DNA of 64,000 bases. Origin: an uncultured Clostridia bacterium. GTDB lineage: Bacteria > Bacillota > Clostridia > Christensenellales > CAG-138. The stretch's first letter is position 1. Each line of letters opens with the position of its first letter. Positions 56,548 through 64,000 of the stretch are shown piece by piece. The DNA lies in the NCBI GenBank assembly GCA_905235205.1, contig CAJOKM010000004.1, forward strand, positions 1,879 to 65,878. The letters run 5' to 3'. The notes under the pieces are model-generated. The model worked only from the letters and a program-made list of their open reading frames with translations. It was not told the DNA's origin and did no database searches. A program made the position numbers and the translations under genes.

Positions 56548-56651
56548 AGGATCAGTATACCCGAACCGCGCCCTCTTGACAAGTCCCGAATCTGTGGTAT
56601 ACTGTAGATACGAACAAATGTTCGAATATCGTCGAAAGCGGATGAAAGAGC

Positions 56652-56891
56652 ATGAAAGTATATGTGGGCGTAGAGACATACACGGACGAAGACGGACATG
56701 TGCGGCCGCAGACGGTGCATTGGACGGACGGACGGCGGTTTGAGATTCAGAAGGTTTTGGACGAGCGGCGCGCCGCGTGCATCCAGGCAGGCGGCAGAGG
56801 CCTGCGTTATACGTGTCTGATCAACGGTCGGACGGCGTTTCTGTTCTTCGAGGGACCGCGCTGGTTTGTGAACGCGGCTAAAAAAGCATAA
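56652..56891 (+). CDS. hypothetical small protein
   Basis: 79 aa with non-biased composition (MKVYVGVETYTDEDGHVRPQTVHWTDGRRFEIQKVLDER...). No family recognised. Confidence 0.5.
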   Translation: MKVYVGVETYTDEDGHVRPQTVHWTDGRRFEIQKVLDERRAACIQAGGRGLRYTCLINGRTAFLFFEGPRWFVNAAKKA

Positions 56892-56954
56892 AAACAGTAG
56901 AAAGCGGCGCGAAACTGTGTTACAATGATCCAAGATACGAAACCGGAGGATCAT

Positions 56955-57275
56955 ATGGAACAGGAATACAGCATTGAAAACGCAAAGAAGTATATCAAGC
57001 AGCGCTTTGTGGAGCAGGGTGATTTTCTGATCTTAAAGGAAGAGGTCTTTGATCAGATGCTGGACCGCGCCGTTGCGCTGGACGAAGCGTTCATGGAGCA
57101 GAGCGGCGTGAACGACGGCGAAGTGTATGACGACGACAAGGCGTTCGAGTATCTGTTCGAAAAGATGCAGAAATCGTTCGAGGACCAGAAGATGTACTGC
57201 ATGCGCTTTGTGGAGGACTACCTCGATTACAGCGAGCAGTATCTCGAGAGCATCGGCGCGATCGAGTGGGACTGA
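56955..57275 (+). CDS. hypothetical acidic protein
   Basis: Start MEQEYSIENAKKYI (GGAGGA upstream) inside ORF 56925..57275; 106 aa, helical and acidic. Confidence 0.55.
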   Translation: MEQEYSIENAKKYIKQRFVEQGDFLILKEEVFDQMLDRAVALDEAFMEQSGVNDGEVYDDDKAFEYLFEKMQKSFEDQKMYCMRFVEDYLDYSEQYLESIGAIEWD

Positions 57276-57308
57276 GCGAAAGGCAGCGCCTTTCGCAGTG
57301 AATCAACG

Positions 57309-58031
57309 ATGAAGGTCCTGTTCATCGGCAACAGCCATACGTATTTCAACGACATGCCGAAGCTGTTTTCGGACATGTGCGGATCGCTTTCGGGCGAGCG
57401 GGCTGAGGTTACGATGCTTGCGTACTCGAACCGCAAGCTCGCCTGGCACGAGAAGGAGTACTTTTCGATCCGGTTCGCGCTGCTGTACGGCGGGTATGAT
57501 TATTGCGTCATCCAGCAGTTCGGACACCCGATGCCGCCGCGCGAAGAGACCGGGCCGGTTTTCGACCGGCTTGCCGGGCTGTGCAGACGCGTCGGGACGG
57601 AACCGGTTCTTTTCATGACCTGGGCACGAAAAAACGAGCCCGAAAAGGCGAGGGAGATCAGCGCGCTCTATCGCGCGCTTGCCGAAAAGCACCGCGCGCC
57701 GATTGCGCCGATTGCGGAGCTGTATGAAGACATTCAAACCACGCATCCCGAGATCGAACTCTATCACAACGACGGCTCGCACGCATCGCCGTACGGGACG
57801 TATCTGATTGCCGCGACGTTTGCCGCGCTGTTTACAAGACCGCAGAGCTTAAACCGGCTTTCCGATCTGTCGAACGACTTCCGGGTGCGGTTTAATGAAA
57901 ACGAGCCGCCGAGCGCGTGTGAAGACGCGGCGTCGGTGCCGGTGCGGCTCGATCCGGACAAGGCGAAAGCGATCCGGAGCGCGGTCGAACGGGCGATCCT
58001 TGAAACGGGCAGGGGAAGAAACGACATATGA
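57309..58031 (+). CDS. SGNH/GDSL-type hydrolase family protein
   Basis: Block I FIGNSHT and block V NDGSHASPYG (DxxH-like); 240 aa. Confidence 0.7.
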   Translation: MKVLFIGNSHTYFNDMPKLFSDMCGSLSGERAEVTMLAYSNRKLAWHEKEYFSIRFALLYGGYDYCVIQQFGHPMPPREETGPVFDRLAGLCRRVGTEPVLFMTWARKNEPEKAREISALYRALAEKHRAPIAPIAELYEDIQTTHPEIELYHNDGSHASPYGTYLIAATFAALFTRPQSLNRLSDLSNDFRVRFNENEPPSACEDAASVPVRLDPDKAKAIRSAVERAILETGRGRNDI

Positions 58032-59248
58032 AGCAGCCGGAATCCAAACTCCACGCGTGGTTTTCCGTTGACATGGAGCACGTCGGCGCGCTGGACGGCG
58101 TCCGCGCGCTGGGCGTTCTGACCGTTCTGTGGTTCCATTTCTGGCAGCAGAGCTGGCTGATGCCGGTGTATCAGACGCCGTTTTTACAGTGGCTCGGGAT
58201 CGAACGCGTCTATCCGGATATGTTCCGCCGCTGCGGGTATCTGTGCGTCGATCTGATGCTGCTGCTCTCGGCGTTTGTGCTGTACCTGCCCTACGCCAGG
58301 AACGCGTTTCTGAACACGCCGATCGAAGACAAAAAGACGTTTTTCAAAAAGCGGTTTGCGCGCATCGTGCCGAGCTACCTGCTTTTGATCGTCGTGACGT
58401 TCTCCGTTTCGCTGTTCGAAGGGTTCTACCGGGGCAGAACGGGCTTTGCCTTCAAGGATCTGTTCACGCATCTGACCTTTACGGAGATGCTGTTTCCCGA
58501 TACCTATCTGTTTTCGGGAACGTCGGGCGTGGTATGGACGGTGTGCATTGAGGTCGGACTGTATCTGATCTTTCCGTGGCTTGCGAAAGCGTTCCGGAAG
58601 CGGCCGCTGCTCGTGTATGCGGGCATGATGGCGGTCGGCGCCGCGTTCACCTACGGCGTCGCGCTGCGCGTTTCGGAGCCGCGGTTCATGGTCAACCGGT
58701 TTCTGACATTTCTGCCCGTGTTCGCAAACGGCATGATGGCGGCGCATCTGTATACCCGGTACGCGGTGAACGTCAGGAATAAGGCGCTTCCGTCGATCGC
58801 CGGCACGCTGGTGTTCGTCGGCGCGGCGGTCCTGCTTGTCAAGCTGTTCTCGCTTTGCGCGGCGGAGGGCTCGGCGCAGCAGACCTGGCAGCTGAACTGG
58901 CGCATCGTGCTCTCGTTCGCGTTTGCGGCGTTCGTGCTGGGCGGCGCGATCTCGCCGAAGCCGGTGCGGAAGCTCCTGGACAACCGCGTGCTGTCCGCGA
59001 TCGCGGCAATCTCCTATAACCTGTATCTGTGGCATCAGTGGCTGATGGTGCGGCTAAGGATGTCGTTTGGCGCGAACAGCGGGGCGGATATTGCGGCGAT
59101 GGGCGCGAATACGCAGTGGACGCTGACGCTGATCGCGCTCGGAACGGCGCTGACCGTTGCCGCTGTGGCGACGTACGGATTCGAACGGCCGGTCTCCGGT
59201 CTGATATTACATTCTGGAAAGGAAACACAAGATGCACGTAACAAGTAA
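58028..59248 (+). CDS. acyltransferase family 3 (membrane O-acyltransferase)
   Basis: LDGVRALGVLTVLWFHF, about 10 TM helices, ATGA overlap with the SGNH gene. Confidence 0.85.
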   Translation: MKQPESKLHAWFSVDMEHVGALDGVRALGVLTVLWFHFWQQSWLMPVYQTPFLQWLGIERVYPDMFRRCGYLCVDLMLLLSAFVLYLPYARNAFLNTPIEDKKTFFKKRFARIVPSYLLLIVVTFSVSLFEGFYRGRTGFAFKDLFTHLTFTEMLFPDTYLFSGTSGVVWTVCIEVGLYLIFPWLAKAFRKRPLLVYAGMMAVGAAFTYGVALRVSEPRFMVNRFLTFLPVFANGMMAAHLYTRYAVNVRNKALPSIAGTLVFVGAAVLLVKLFSLCAAEGSAQQTWQLNWRIVLSFAFAAFVLGGAISPKPVRKLLDNRVLSAIAAISYNLYLWHQWLMVRLRMSFGANSGADIAAMGANTQWTLTLIALGTALTVAAVATYGFERPVSGLILHSGKETQDARNK

Positions 59249-59480
59249 AACAAGCAACGTCTGCTCGACGAAGATCGACTTTGATCTGATCGACGGAAAG
59301 GTCTATAACGTCACGTTCACCGACGGCTGCAACGGGAATCTCAAGGCGATCGGCAAGCTGGTCGAGGGAATGGACCGCGAAAAACTGATCGCAATGCTCA
59401 AGGGCAATACCTGCGGCAGCAACTTTACGTCGTGCGCGGACCAGCTTGCGCGCGCGGTCGAACAGGCGACGGAGGCGTAA
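59232..59480 (+). CDS. TSCPD-domain small protein (TIGR03905-like)
   Basis: 82 aa. VCSTKIDFDLIDGKVYNVTFTDGCNGNLKAIGKLVEGM and CGSNFTSCADQLARAV (a TSCPDQ motif variant). Confidence 0.7.
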   Translation: MHVTSKTSNVCSTKIDFDLIDGKVYNVTFTDGCNGNLKAIGKLVEGMDREKLIAMLKGNTCGSNFTSCADQLARAVEQATEA

Positions 59481-59481
59481 C

Positions 59482-60369
59482 ATGCTGCGCTTCGGCTTCG
59501 ACATCGGCGGAACGAACATCGCCGCCGGCGTTCTCGATGAACAGAACCGCCTGATCGCGAAGGATTCTCTGAAGTTTCCGCGCGGACAGGGCACGCCCGA
59601 AGTGATCGAAACCTGCGCGCGCCTGTACCGGTCGATCCTCGACGTGTCCGGCATCGGGGACGAAAGGATCGCGGGCGTCGGCGTCGCCGTGCCGGGAAGC
59701 GTGGACACCCGGACCGGGACCGTGATCGACGCGCACAACCTCGGCTTTCATCATACGCCGCTGGAGGCGCTTTTAAAGGACAGACTGCAAAAGCCCGTCA
59801 GGCTGATCAACGACGCGGACGCCGCGGCGCTTGCCGAGCTTCGAATCGGCGCGCTGAACGGGACGAGGACCGCCGTTCTGATCACGATCGGAACCGGGAT
59901 CGGCGGCGGACTGATCCTGAACGGAGAACTGTTTGTCGGCGGGCGCGGGAACGGAACGGAGCCGGGGCATATGATCCTTCGAAACGGCGGTCTCCTCTGC
60001 ACCTGCGGGGTCAACGGATGCGCCGAGGTCTACTGCTCCGCAACGCGGCTCGAACGCGACGGCGCGCCGCTCGGAATCCTCGGAACGCGCGCTCTGATCG
60101 ACGCGGCAAGGAACGGGGATCCCGCCGCGAAGCGCGTGTTTGACGCGTTTATCGACGATCTCGGAAGCTATCTGGCGTCGATCGTCAACCTGCTCGATCC
60201 GGAACGGATCGCGATCGGCGGCGGCGTGTGCGGCGCGGGAGACTTTTTGCTCGATCCGCTTCGCGAGAACGTCGGGCGCAAATGCTTCTTTGAAACCTGT
60301 CCCGAGATCGTTACGGCGACCGCCGGCAACGACGCCGGAATCATCGGCGCGGCGTTATCCGCCTGTTAA
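59482..60369 (+). CDS. ROK family glucokinase
   Basis: Start MLRFGFDIGGTNIAAGV inside ORF 59446..60369. EPGHM and the zinc motif CTCGVNGCAEVY. Confidence 0.85.
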   Translation: MLRFGFDIGGTNIAAGVLDEQNRLIAKDSLKFPRGQGTPEVIETCARLYRSILDVSGIGDERIAGVGVAVPGSVDTRTGTVIDAHNLGFHHTPLEALLKDRLQKPVRLINDADAAALAELRIGALNGTRTAVLITIGTGIGGGLILNGELFVGGRGNGTEPGHMILRNGGLLCTCGVNGCAEVYCSATRLERDGAPLGILGTRALIDAARNGDPAAKRVFDAFIDDLGSYLASIVNLLDPERIAIGGGVCGAGDFLLDPLRENVGRKCFFETCPEIVTATAGNDAGIIGAALSAC

Positions 60370-60393
60370 GAAACGGGTTTTCAGCAAGTGAAC

Positions 60394-60430
60394 AGAAAGC
60401 GACCGCGGCGTTGATCCGCGGTCGCTTTTC
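60394..60430. terminator. bidirectional terminator between the glucokinase and SDR genes
   Basis: AGCGACCGCGG-CGTTGAT-CCGCGGTCGCT followed by TTTTC, and preceded by GAAA. Confidence 0.7.
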
Positions 60431-60437
60431 AGATGAT

Positions 60438-61161
60438 TCAAACGGTATAGCCGCCGTCGCAGAGAAGGACCTGTCCGGTCGTGTATCGCGCGTTTACAAG
60501 GTACAGCACAGCGTCTGCGACGTCCTCGGGCGTGCCGATCCGGTTCAGCGGGACTTCGGCGCAAAACGCGTTCAGATCGGACGCGGACAGATGCGCGTTC
60601 ATCGCGGTCGGGATGAACCCTGGCGCAACGCAGTTGACGCGCACGCCTGACGGCGCGAGCTCCAAGCGCTTTACTAAAGCCGACGATCGCCGCTTTCGAC
60701 GCGGAGTAGAGCACTTCGCACGACCCGCCCGAGACGCCCCAGATCGAGGAGAGATTGACAACGGCGGCGTTTTCATGCTGTCTGAGATCGTCTAAAAGTG
60801 TCTTTGTCACGCGCATCGTACCGCGCACGTTCACGTCGAATACGCGAGCGTAGTCCTCGTCCGTTGTATCCGAAAACAGCATCTGCGGGAGCGCAACGCC
60901 CGCGCAGTTGACCAGAACGGAGACCGTGCCGAGGTGTTGATGGATCGATTCGACCATCTTCGAAACGGAATCATCGCTCCGAAGATCGCAGGCAACGCAG
61001 AGATACGGCGTATCGTCGCAAAAAGCGGACGCGACGGACAATGCGGCGTCGCGGTTATGATGATACTGCAGCACGACGGCATAGCCGTGTTCGGCAAGGC
61101 GTCTTGCGACGGCGGCGCCGATCCCGCCGGACGCGCCGGTAACCAAAGCAATCGGTTTCAT
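60438..61161 (-). pseudogene. short-chain dehydrogenase/reductase (FabG-like) interrupted by a frameshift near 60670-60678
   Basis: The N-terminal 155 aa are in the frame of ORF 60355..61161 (TGASGGIG, NCAG, YSASKAAIVGFSKAL). The C-terminal ELAPSGVRVNCVAPGFIPT...GQVLLCDGGYTV continues in the frame of ORF 60438..60776. The junction reads GCG CTT G GAG CTC. Confidence 0.7.
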
Positions 61162-61652
61162 ACGTCCCCCGTAAAGCGCAAAGATTTCATCATGGCGTCG
61201 AACGGCTCCGTATACGGATCGCCCTCGCGGTTCAGAAGCGTAAAGAAGTAGATGCGATCGGCGCTGACCGCGTACACGATCAGGTCATGCTGTCCCTGGT
61301 CGAGCTCGACGCGGCACGCGATCCGTTTCGCCCTGTTGCCGTCGACGCGGCAGTCCTTGACGTCTGTCAGCGTGAGCGATTCATAGCCGCACTGCTCCTT
61401 GAGCGCGGCTTCGTACTCGTCGGCGGAAAACGCGTCGAAGTACCAGTTCAGTTCGGTCGCGTTGAATGTGATCGAGCTTTCGCGCATCGGATTCCCGTGC
61501 GGCGCGAAGCACACGATCGGAGCGTTTGTAACGCGTGAAAACCCGTCCGGAAGCGTCGCCGAGAAGCAGGCGTCGGAATACGTGTTTTCGCCCGGGGACG
61601 CGCAGCCCGAGAGCAGAAGAAGGATCAGCAGCAGAACGGCGGCGCGTTTCAT
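61158..61652 (-). CDS. hypothetical lipoprotein
   Basis: MKRAAVLLLILLLLSGC lipobox; 164 aa; ATGA overlaps on both sides. Confidence 0.65.
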   Translation of the reverse strand: MKRAAVLLLILLLLSGCASPGENTYSDACFSATLPDGFSRVTNAPIVCFAPHGNPMRESSITFNATELNWYFDAFSADEYEAALKEQCGYESLTLTDVKDCRVDGNRAKRIACRVELDQGQHDLIVYAVSADRIYFFTLLNREGDPYTEPFDAMMKSLRFTGDV

Positions 61653-62128
61653 ACCGGTTCCTCGCTGACGCCGAGGATCTCGCCGACATACATCGTGTGC
61701 GGATCGCCGTTCGGATAATAGCGGTTTTGAAGCGCGTCGTCCTCGATCTCATGCTCGTTGAGCTCGGTGCGGCAGAGGATTCTGCATTCGATATGATACC
61801 GGCAGCCGGAAAAACCGTCCTGCGCGCCGAACCGGTTCGGGTAGAACGCGGCGGAAAGCGCCTGCATCTTATCGAGATCGCGTCCGGAGCGCGTGCCGCA
61901 CAGCGCGAGCGCGTCTTTGAGCGTGCCGAACGCAGGTACGCTGACCGTGAACGTATCTGCGCGATCGAGCAGCGCATGCGTATAGCGGCTTTTGCGCACA
62001 TATACCGTAAACGTCGGTTTACCCCAGAGCACGCCGAACTGCCCCCAGCCGATCGTCATGGGGTTTTTGCCCACCATAAGAAATGCGCCGTGCGGAAGCT
62101 GACGCGCGGTTTCCTTCATCCAATCCAT
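61649..62128 (-). CDS. flavin reductase-like (FMN-binding split barrel) protein
   Basis: ATG 62128 with GGAGG 7 nt upstream; the ORF track begins two codons earlier at a GTG. GAFLMVGKNPMTIGWGQFG and FTVSVP are typical of the family. Confidence 0.65.
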   Translation of the reverse strand: MDWMKETARQLPHGAFLMVGKNPMTIGWGQFGVLWGKPTFTVYVRKSRYTHALLDRADTFTVSVPAFGTLKDALALCGTRSGRDLDKMQALSAAFYPNRFGAQDGFSGCRYHIECRILCRTELNEHEIEDDALQNRYYPNGDPHTMYVGEILGVSEEPV

Positions 62129-62180
62129 AAACACACCTCCGTTTGCTCATATTATAAACGAAAGCGAGGGAAAAAGAAAG

Positions 62181-62205
62181 TAAAAAAAGAAGCGTTCCCG
62201 CTTCT
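62181..62205 (-). terminator. terminator after the DUF378 gene
   Basis: Minus-strand AGAAGCG-GGAA-CGCTTCT followed by a T7 run. Confidence 0.7.
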
Positions 62206-62217
62206 TTTTATCCGTAT

Positions 62218-62442
62218 TTACTCGTCGTCGTGCATAAAGGACGTTTTACGCACATTTCGCTGGAACAGCATGACGATGCCCCAGATCCCGCCAAGACCCA
62301 CCAGAACGTAGAGGATGGAGGAAATGACGGAGGATGCGCCGAAGATCCAGTCGACCAGATTGAATCGAAACAGTCCGACCAGCAGCCAGTTCAGCGCGCC
62401 GACGATCATCAGGATCAATGCGATAATATTCATAAGAGTCAC
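62218..62442 (-). CDS. DUF378 domain membrane protein
   Basis: 74 aa; IVGALNWLLVGLFRFNLVDWIFG signature. Confidence 0.8.
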   Translation of the reverse strand: MTLMNIIALILMIVGALNWLLVGLFRFNLVDWIFGASSVISSILYVLVGLGGIWGIVMLFQRNVRKTSFMHDDE

Positions 62443-62453
62443 TCCTTTCGCGC

Positions 62454-62753
62454 TTAGTATGGACGCAAAACGGAATCTTCATGCTCTTTTTTTTCGCGAA
62501 AGATCTCGATTTCAAATCGATCGAAGTCGACCGGCTCCATAAAGTCGCCCGGACGGAACGCGGTATGCGAAAACCGGTCCAGTTCGGCGATGTGTTTTTG
62601 CAAAACGACCGGCCGCGCAAGATCGAGCGCCTGACAAAGCGCGTGCAGGACCGGCATCCAGCCTTCCAGATCAGAAGGTCGTGCAAGAGCGAACTCCTGC
62701 ACGACTTCCGATTTCATTTTTTGATGTTGAATTGTTTTTGCCCAGATACGCAT
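62454..62753 (-). CDS. hypothetical protein
   Basis: Start MRIWAKTIQHQK inside ORF 62454..62870. The ATG overlaps the TAA of the upstream gene (TAATG). 99 aa. Confidence 0.5.
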   Translation of the reverse strand: MRIWAKTIQHQKMKSEVVQEFALARPSDLEGWMPVLHALCQALDLARPVVLQKHIAELDRFSHTAFRPGDFMEPVDFDRFEIEIFREKKEHEDSVLRPY

Positions 62754-64000
62754 TATTTTGCCGTCTGTGCAAACCAGCCGTAGAACTCGATGCAGCCGGT
62801 ATCCTGATACGTTCCGACGAAGTTCCCGTAGACGTTGTACTTCTTGCCGATGTTTTCGGACGGCGTCCACTTGGTGCTGAGGTTGTGCACATAGATGGTC
62901 TCGTCGGTCTTGTTGACGGTCATCTTCACAATGGTCTCGTCGCCGTCGTTGATGATCTCGGAAACGGTCGCGGTGACGCGGAAGCCGTTCGCGTTCGAAG
63001 CGTACTGCGTCGGGTTTGCGAGCATTTCCTGAATCGTGACGTGCTTCGGAATCTCATAGTACTGCAGCGCCTTGATAAACGCGGTCTTGTCCGCGTACGA
63101 TCTCGAAACGATGAACGTTTCGGTGCTCTCCTCGGCGCCTTCCTTGGTCGCGTTCAGTGTGATGGTGGAAACCCCGTAGAAGCTCGGGTCCATCGTAATG
63201 CCGAAGGAGAAGTTGCCTTCCGCGTCGACGGTGACGGTGCCGCACAGCACGTTTGCGGTGTTGTCGCTCGTTGCGGTCAGCGTCGCGCCGGGCAGCGTCG
63301 TGCCGGTCACGGTCAGCTTGCCGGACTTGTCGGCGCGCAGCGAAGCGAGATCGTCCTTGACTTCAAGCGTCATGGGATCGGGAATGAACACGTACGGATT
63401 GACCTCGATCTCGGTCGACGTCGTGACGCGGTTGTTCTTGGTCGCGACCAGCGTGATCGTTTCGGGCGATTCGGTGTTCATGGTGTAGTCATAGCTGAAG
63501 ACGCCGCCCACATAGACCGGGGTATCGACGCCGTTGACGGCCAGCTTGACGTCCTGATCCTCATTGACGAGACCTTCGAACCGGACGACGTTGTTTTCGT
63601 CCGCCATGTAGGTGCCGTCTTCTCTCGCCTGCGGCGCGGTGAGCGAAATGCTCAGAGCGGGGAAGGTGTAGGTAATCGACGGGCATTCGACCTGATAGCT
63701 CGTGCCGTCCGCTCTCGTGACGGAGATCTCCGGCGTCGCGGTGTACTCGGCAGCTTCAAGCGGCGTGTTCGGGAAGAAGATGCCTTCCTCAAACGCGACG
63801 GCGTAGGTCGTGTCGTATTCGTTCTGGTTCGTAATGACCTTGTTGTCCTGATGCGGGCAAACGAACGTCACGGTCGCATTGGACGGAACGAGTACGGAGA
63901 TCACGTTCTCCTTCGTGCCGTTGTCATTGACGCGATCGGTGATCGTGGCATGGGTCATATCCGCTTCGGGCGCAGTCGTCTGTTCGGGTTCGACAGGCGC
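62753..64000 (-). CDS. large secreted/cell-surface protein, C-terminal part (5' end beyond the window)
   Basis: The frame stays open upstream of the first listed Met (APVEPEQTTAPEAD linker). T/V/N-rich beta-strand repeats suggest Ig-like domains. No family recognised. Confidence 0.6.
   Translation of the reverse strand, partial: APVEPEQTTAPEADMTHATITDRVNDNGTKENVISVLVPSNATVTFVCPHQDNKVITNQNEYDTTYAVAFEEGIFFPNTPLEAAEYTATPEISVTRADGTSYQVECPSITYTFPALSISLTAPQAREDGTYMADENNVVRFEGLVNEDQDVKLAVNGVDTPVYVGGVFSYDYTMNTESPETITLVATKNNRVTTSTEIEVNPYVFIPDPMTLEVKDDLASLRADKSGKLTVTGTTLPGATLTATSDNTANVLCGTVTVDAEGNFSFGITMDPSFYGVSTITLNATKEGAEESTETFIVSRSYADKTAFIKALQYYEIPKHVTIQEMLANPTQYASNANGFRVTATVSEIINDGDETIVKMTVNKTDETIYVHNLSTKWTPSENIGKKYNVYGNFVGTYQDTGCIEFYGWFAQTAK

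Noticed and set aside
55612-56607. A 331-aa plus-strand ORF opposite the MBL-fold gene.
   Set aside because: It starts inside the half repeat and is antisense to a gene with clear metallo-beta-lactamase motifs and a lipobox. Its sequence is low-complexity and R/D/Q-rich.
60355-60437. The C-terminal tail of ORF 60355..61161 as the true end of the SDR.
   Set aside because: After SKAL the frame yields ARAVRRARQLRCARVHPDRDE..., which has no SDR similarity. The alternate frame gives a perfect SDR C-terminus ending at 60438.

Overview
The window is a 64 kb core-chromosome segment from a high-GC (roughly 60%) endospore-forming Firmicute of the class Clostridia. I infer this from gene content and synteny; no database search was possible. 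Coding density is very high, with many 4-nt ATGA stop/start overlaps. From about 5.2 kb to 39.5 kb nearly all genes lie on the + strand. That stretch carries the classic sporulation/housekeeping block: spoIIIAA-AH, asp23-amaP, nusB, xseAB, ispA, dxs, tlyA, nadK, argR, recN, spoIVB and spo0A. It is followed by deoB-punA, bioY, an ohrR-gpx pair, tilS-hpt-ftsH and efp. The right half carries pgi-rodA, queA-tgt-tsaE-tsaB-rimI, ten tRNA genes at three loci, and a more accessory-looking end (55.7-64 kb). That end holds small unknown ORFs, an O-acyltransferase/SGNH pair, a frameshifted SDR and a truncated surface protein. I found no CRISPR array, transposase, integrase or phage genes.

The most interesting items are:
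- A multi-copy structured repeat (81-nt hairpin core, three full copies plus one half copy). Each copy sits just distal to a tRNA terminator, and the diverged copy shows compensatory base-pair changes.
- A spo0A whose receiver domain looks shortened and divergent, translationally overlapped by a receiver-less Spo0A C-terminal-domain paralog.
- A 55-aa mini SpoIIIAF.
- A divergent TsaD/Kae1-like gene inserted between nusB and xseA, while the tsaE-tsaB-rimI cluster lacks tsaD.
- An OhrR-type operator in front of the ohrR-gpx pair.

All product calls rest on motif recognition and synteny read by eye. Coordinates of alternative starts were derived from the ORF track.
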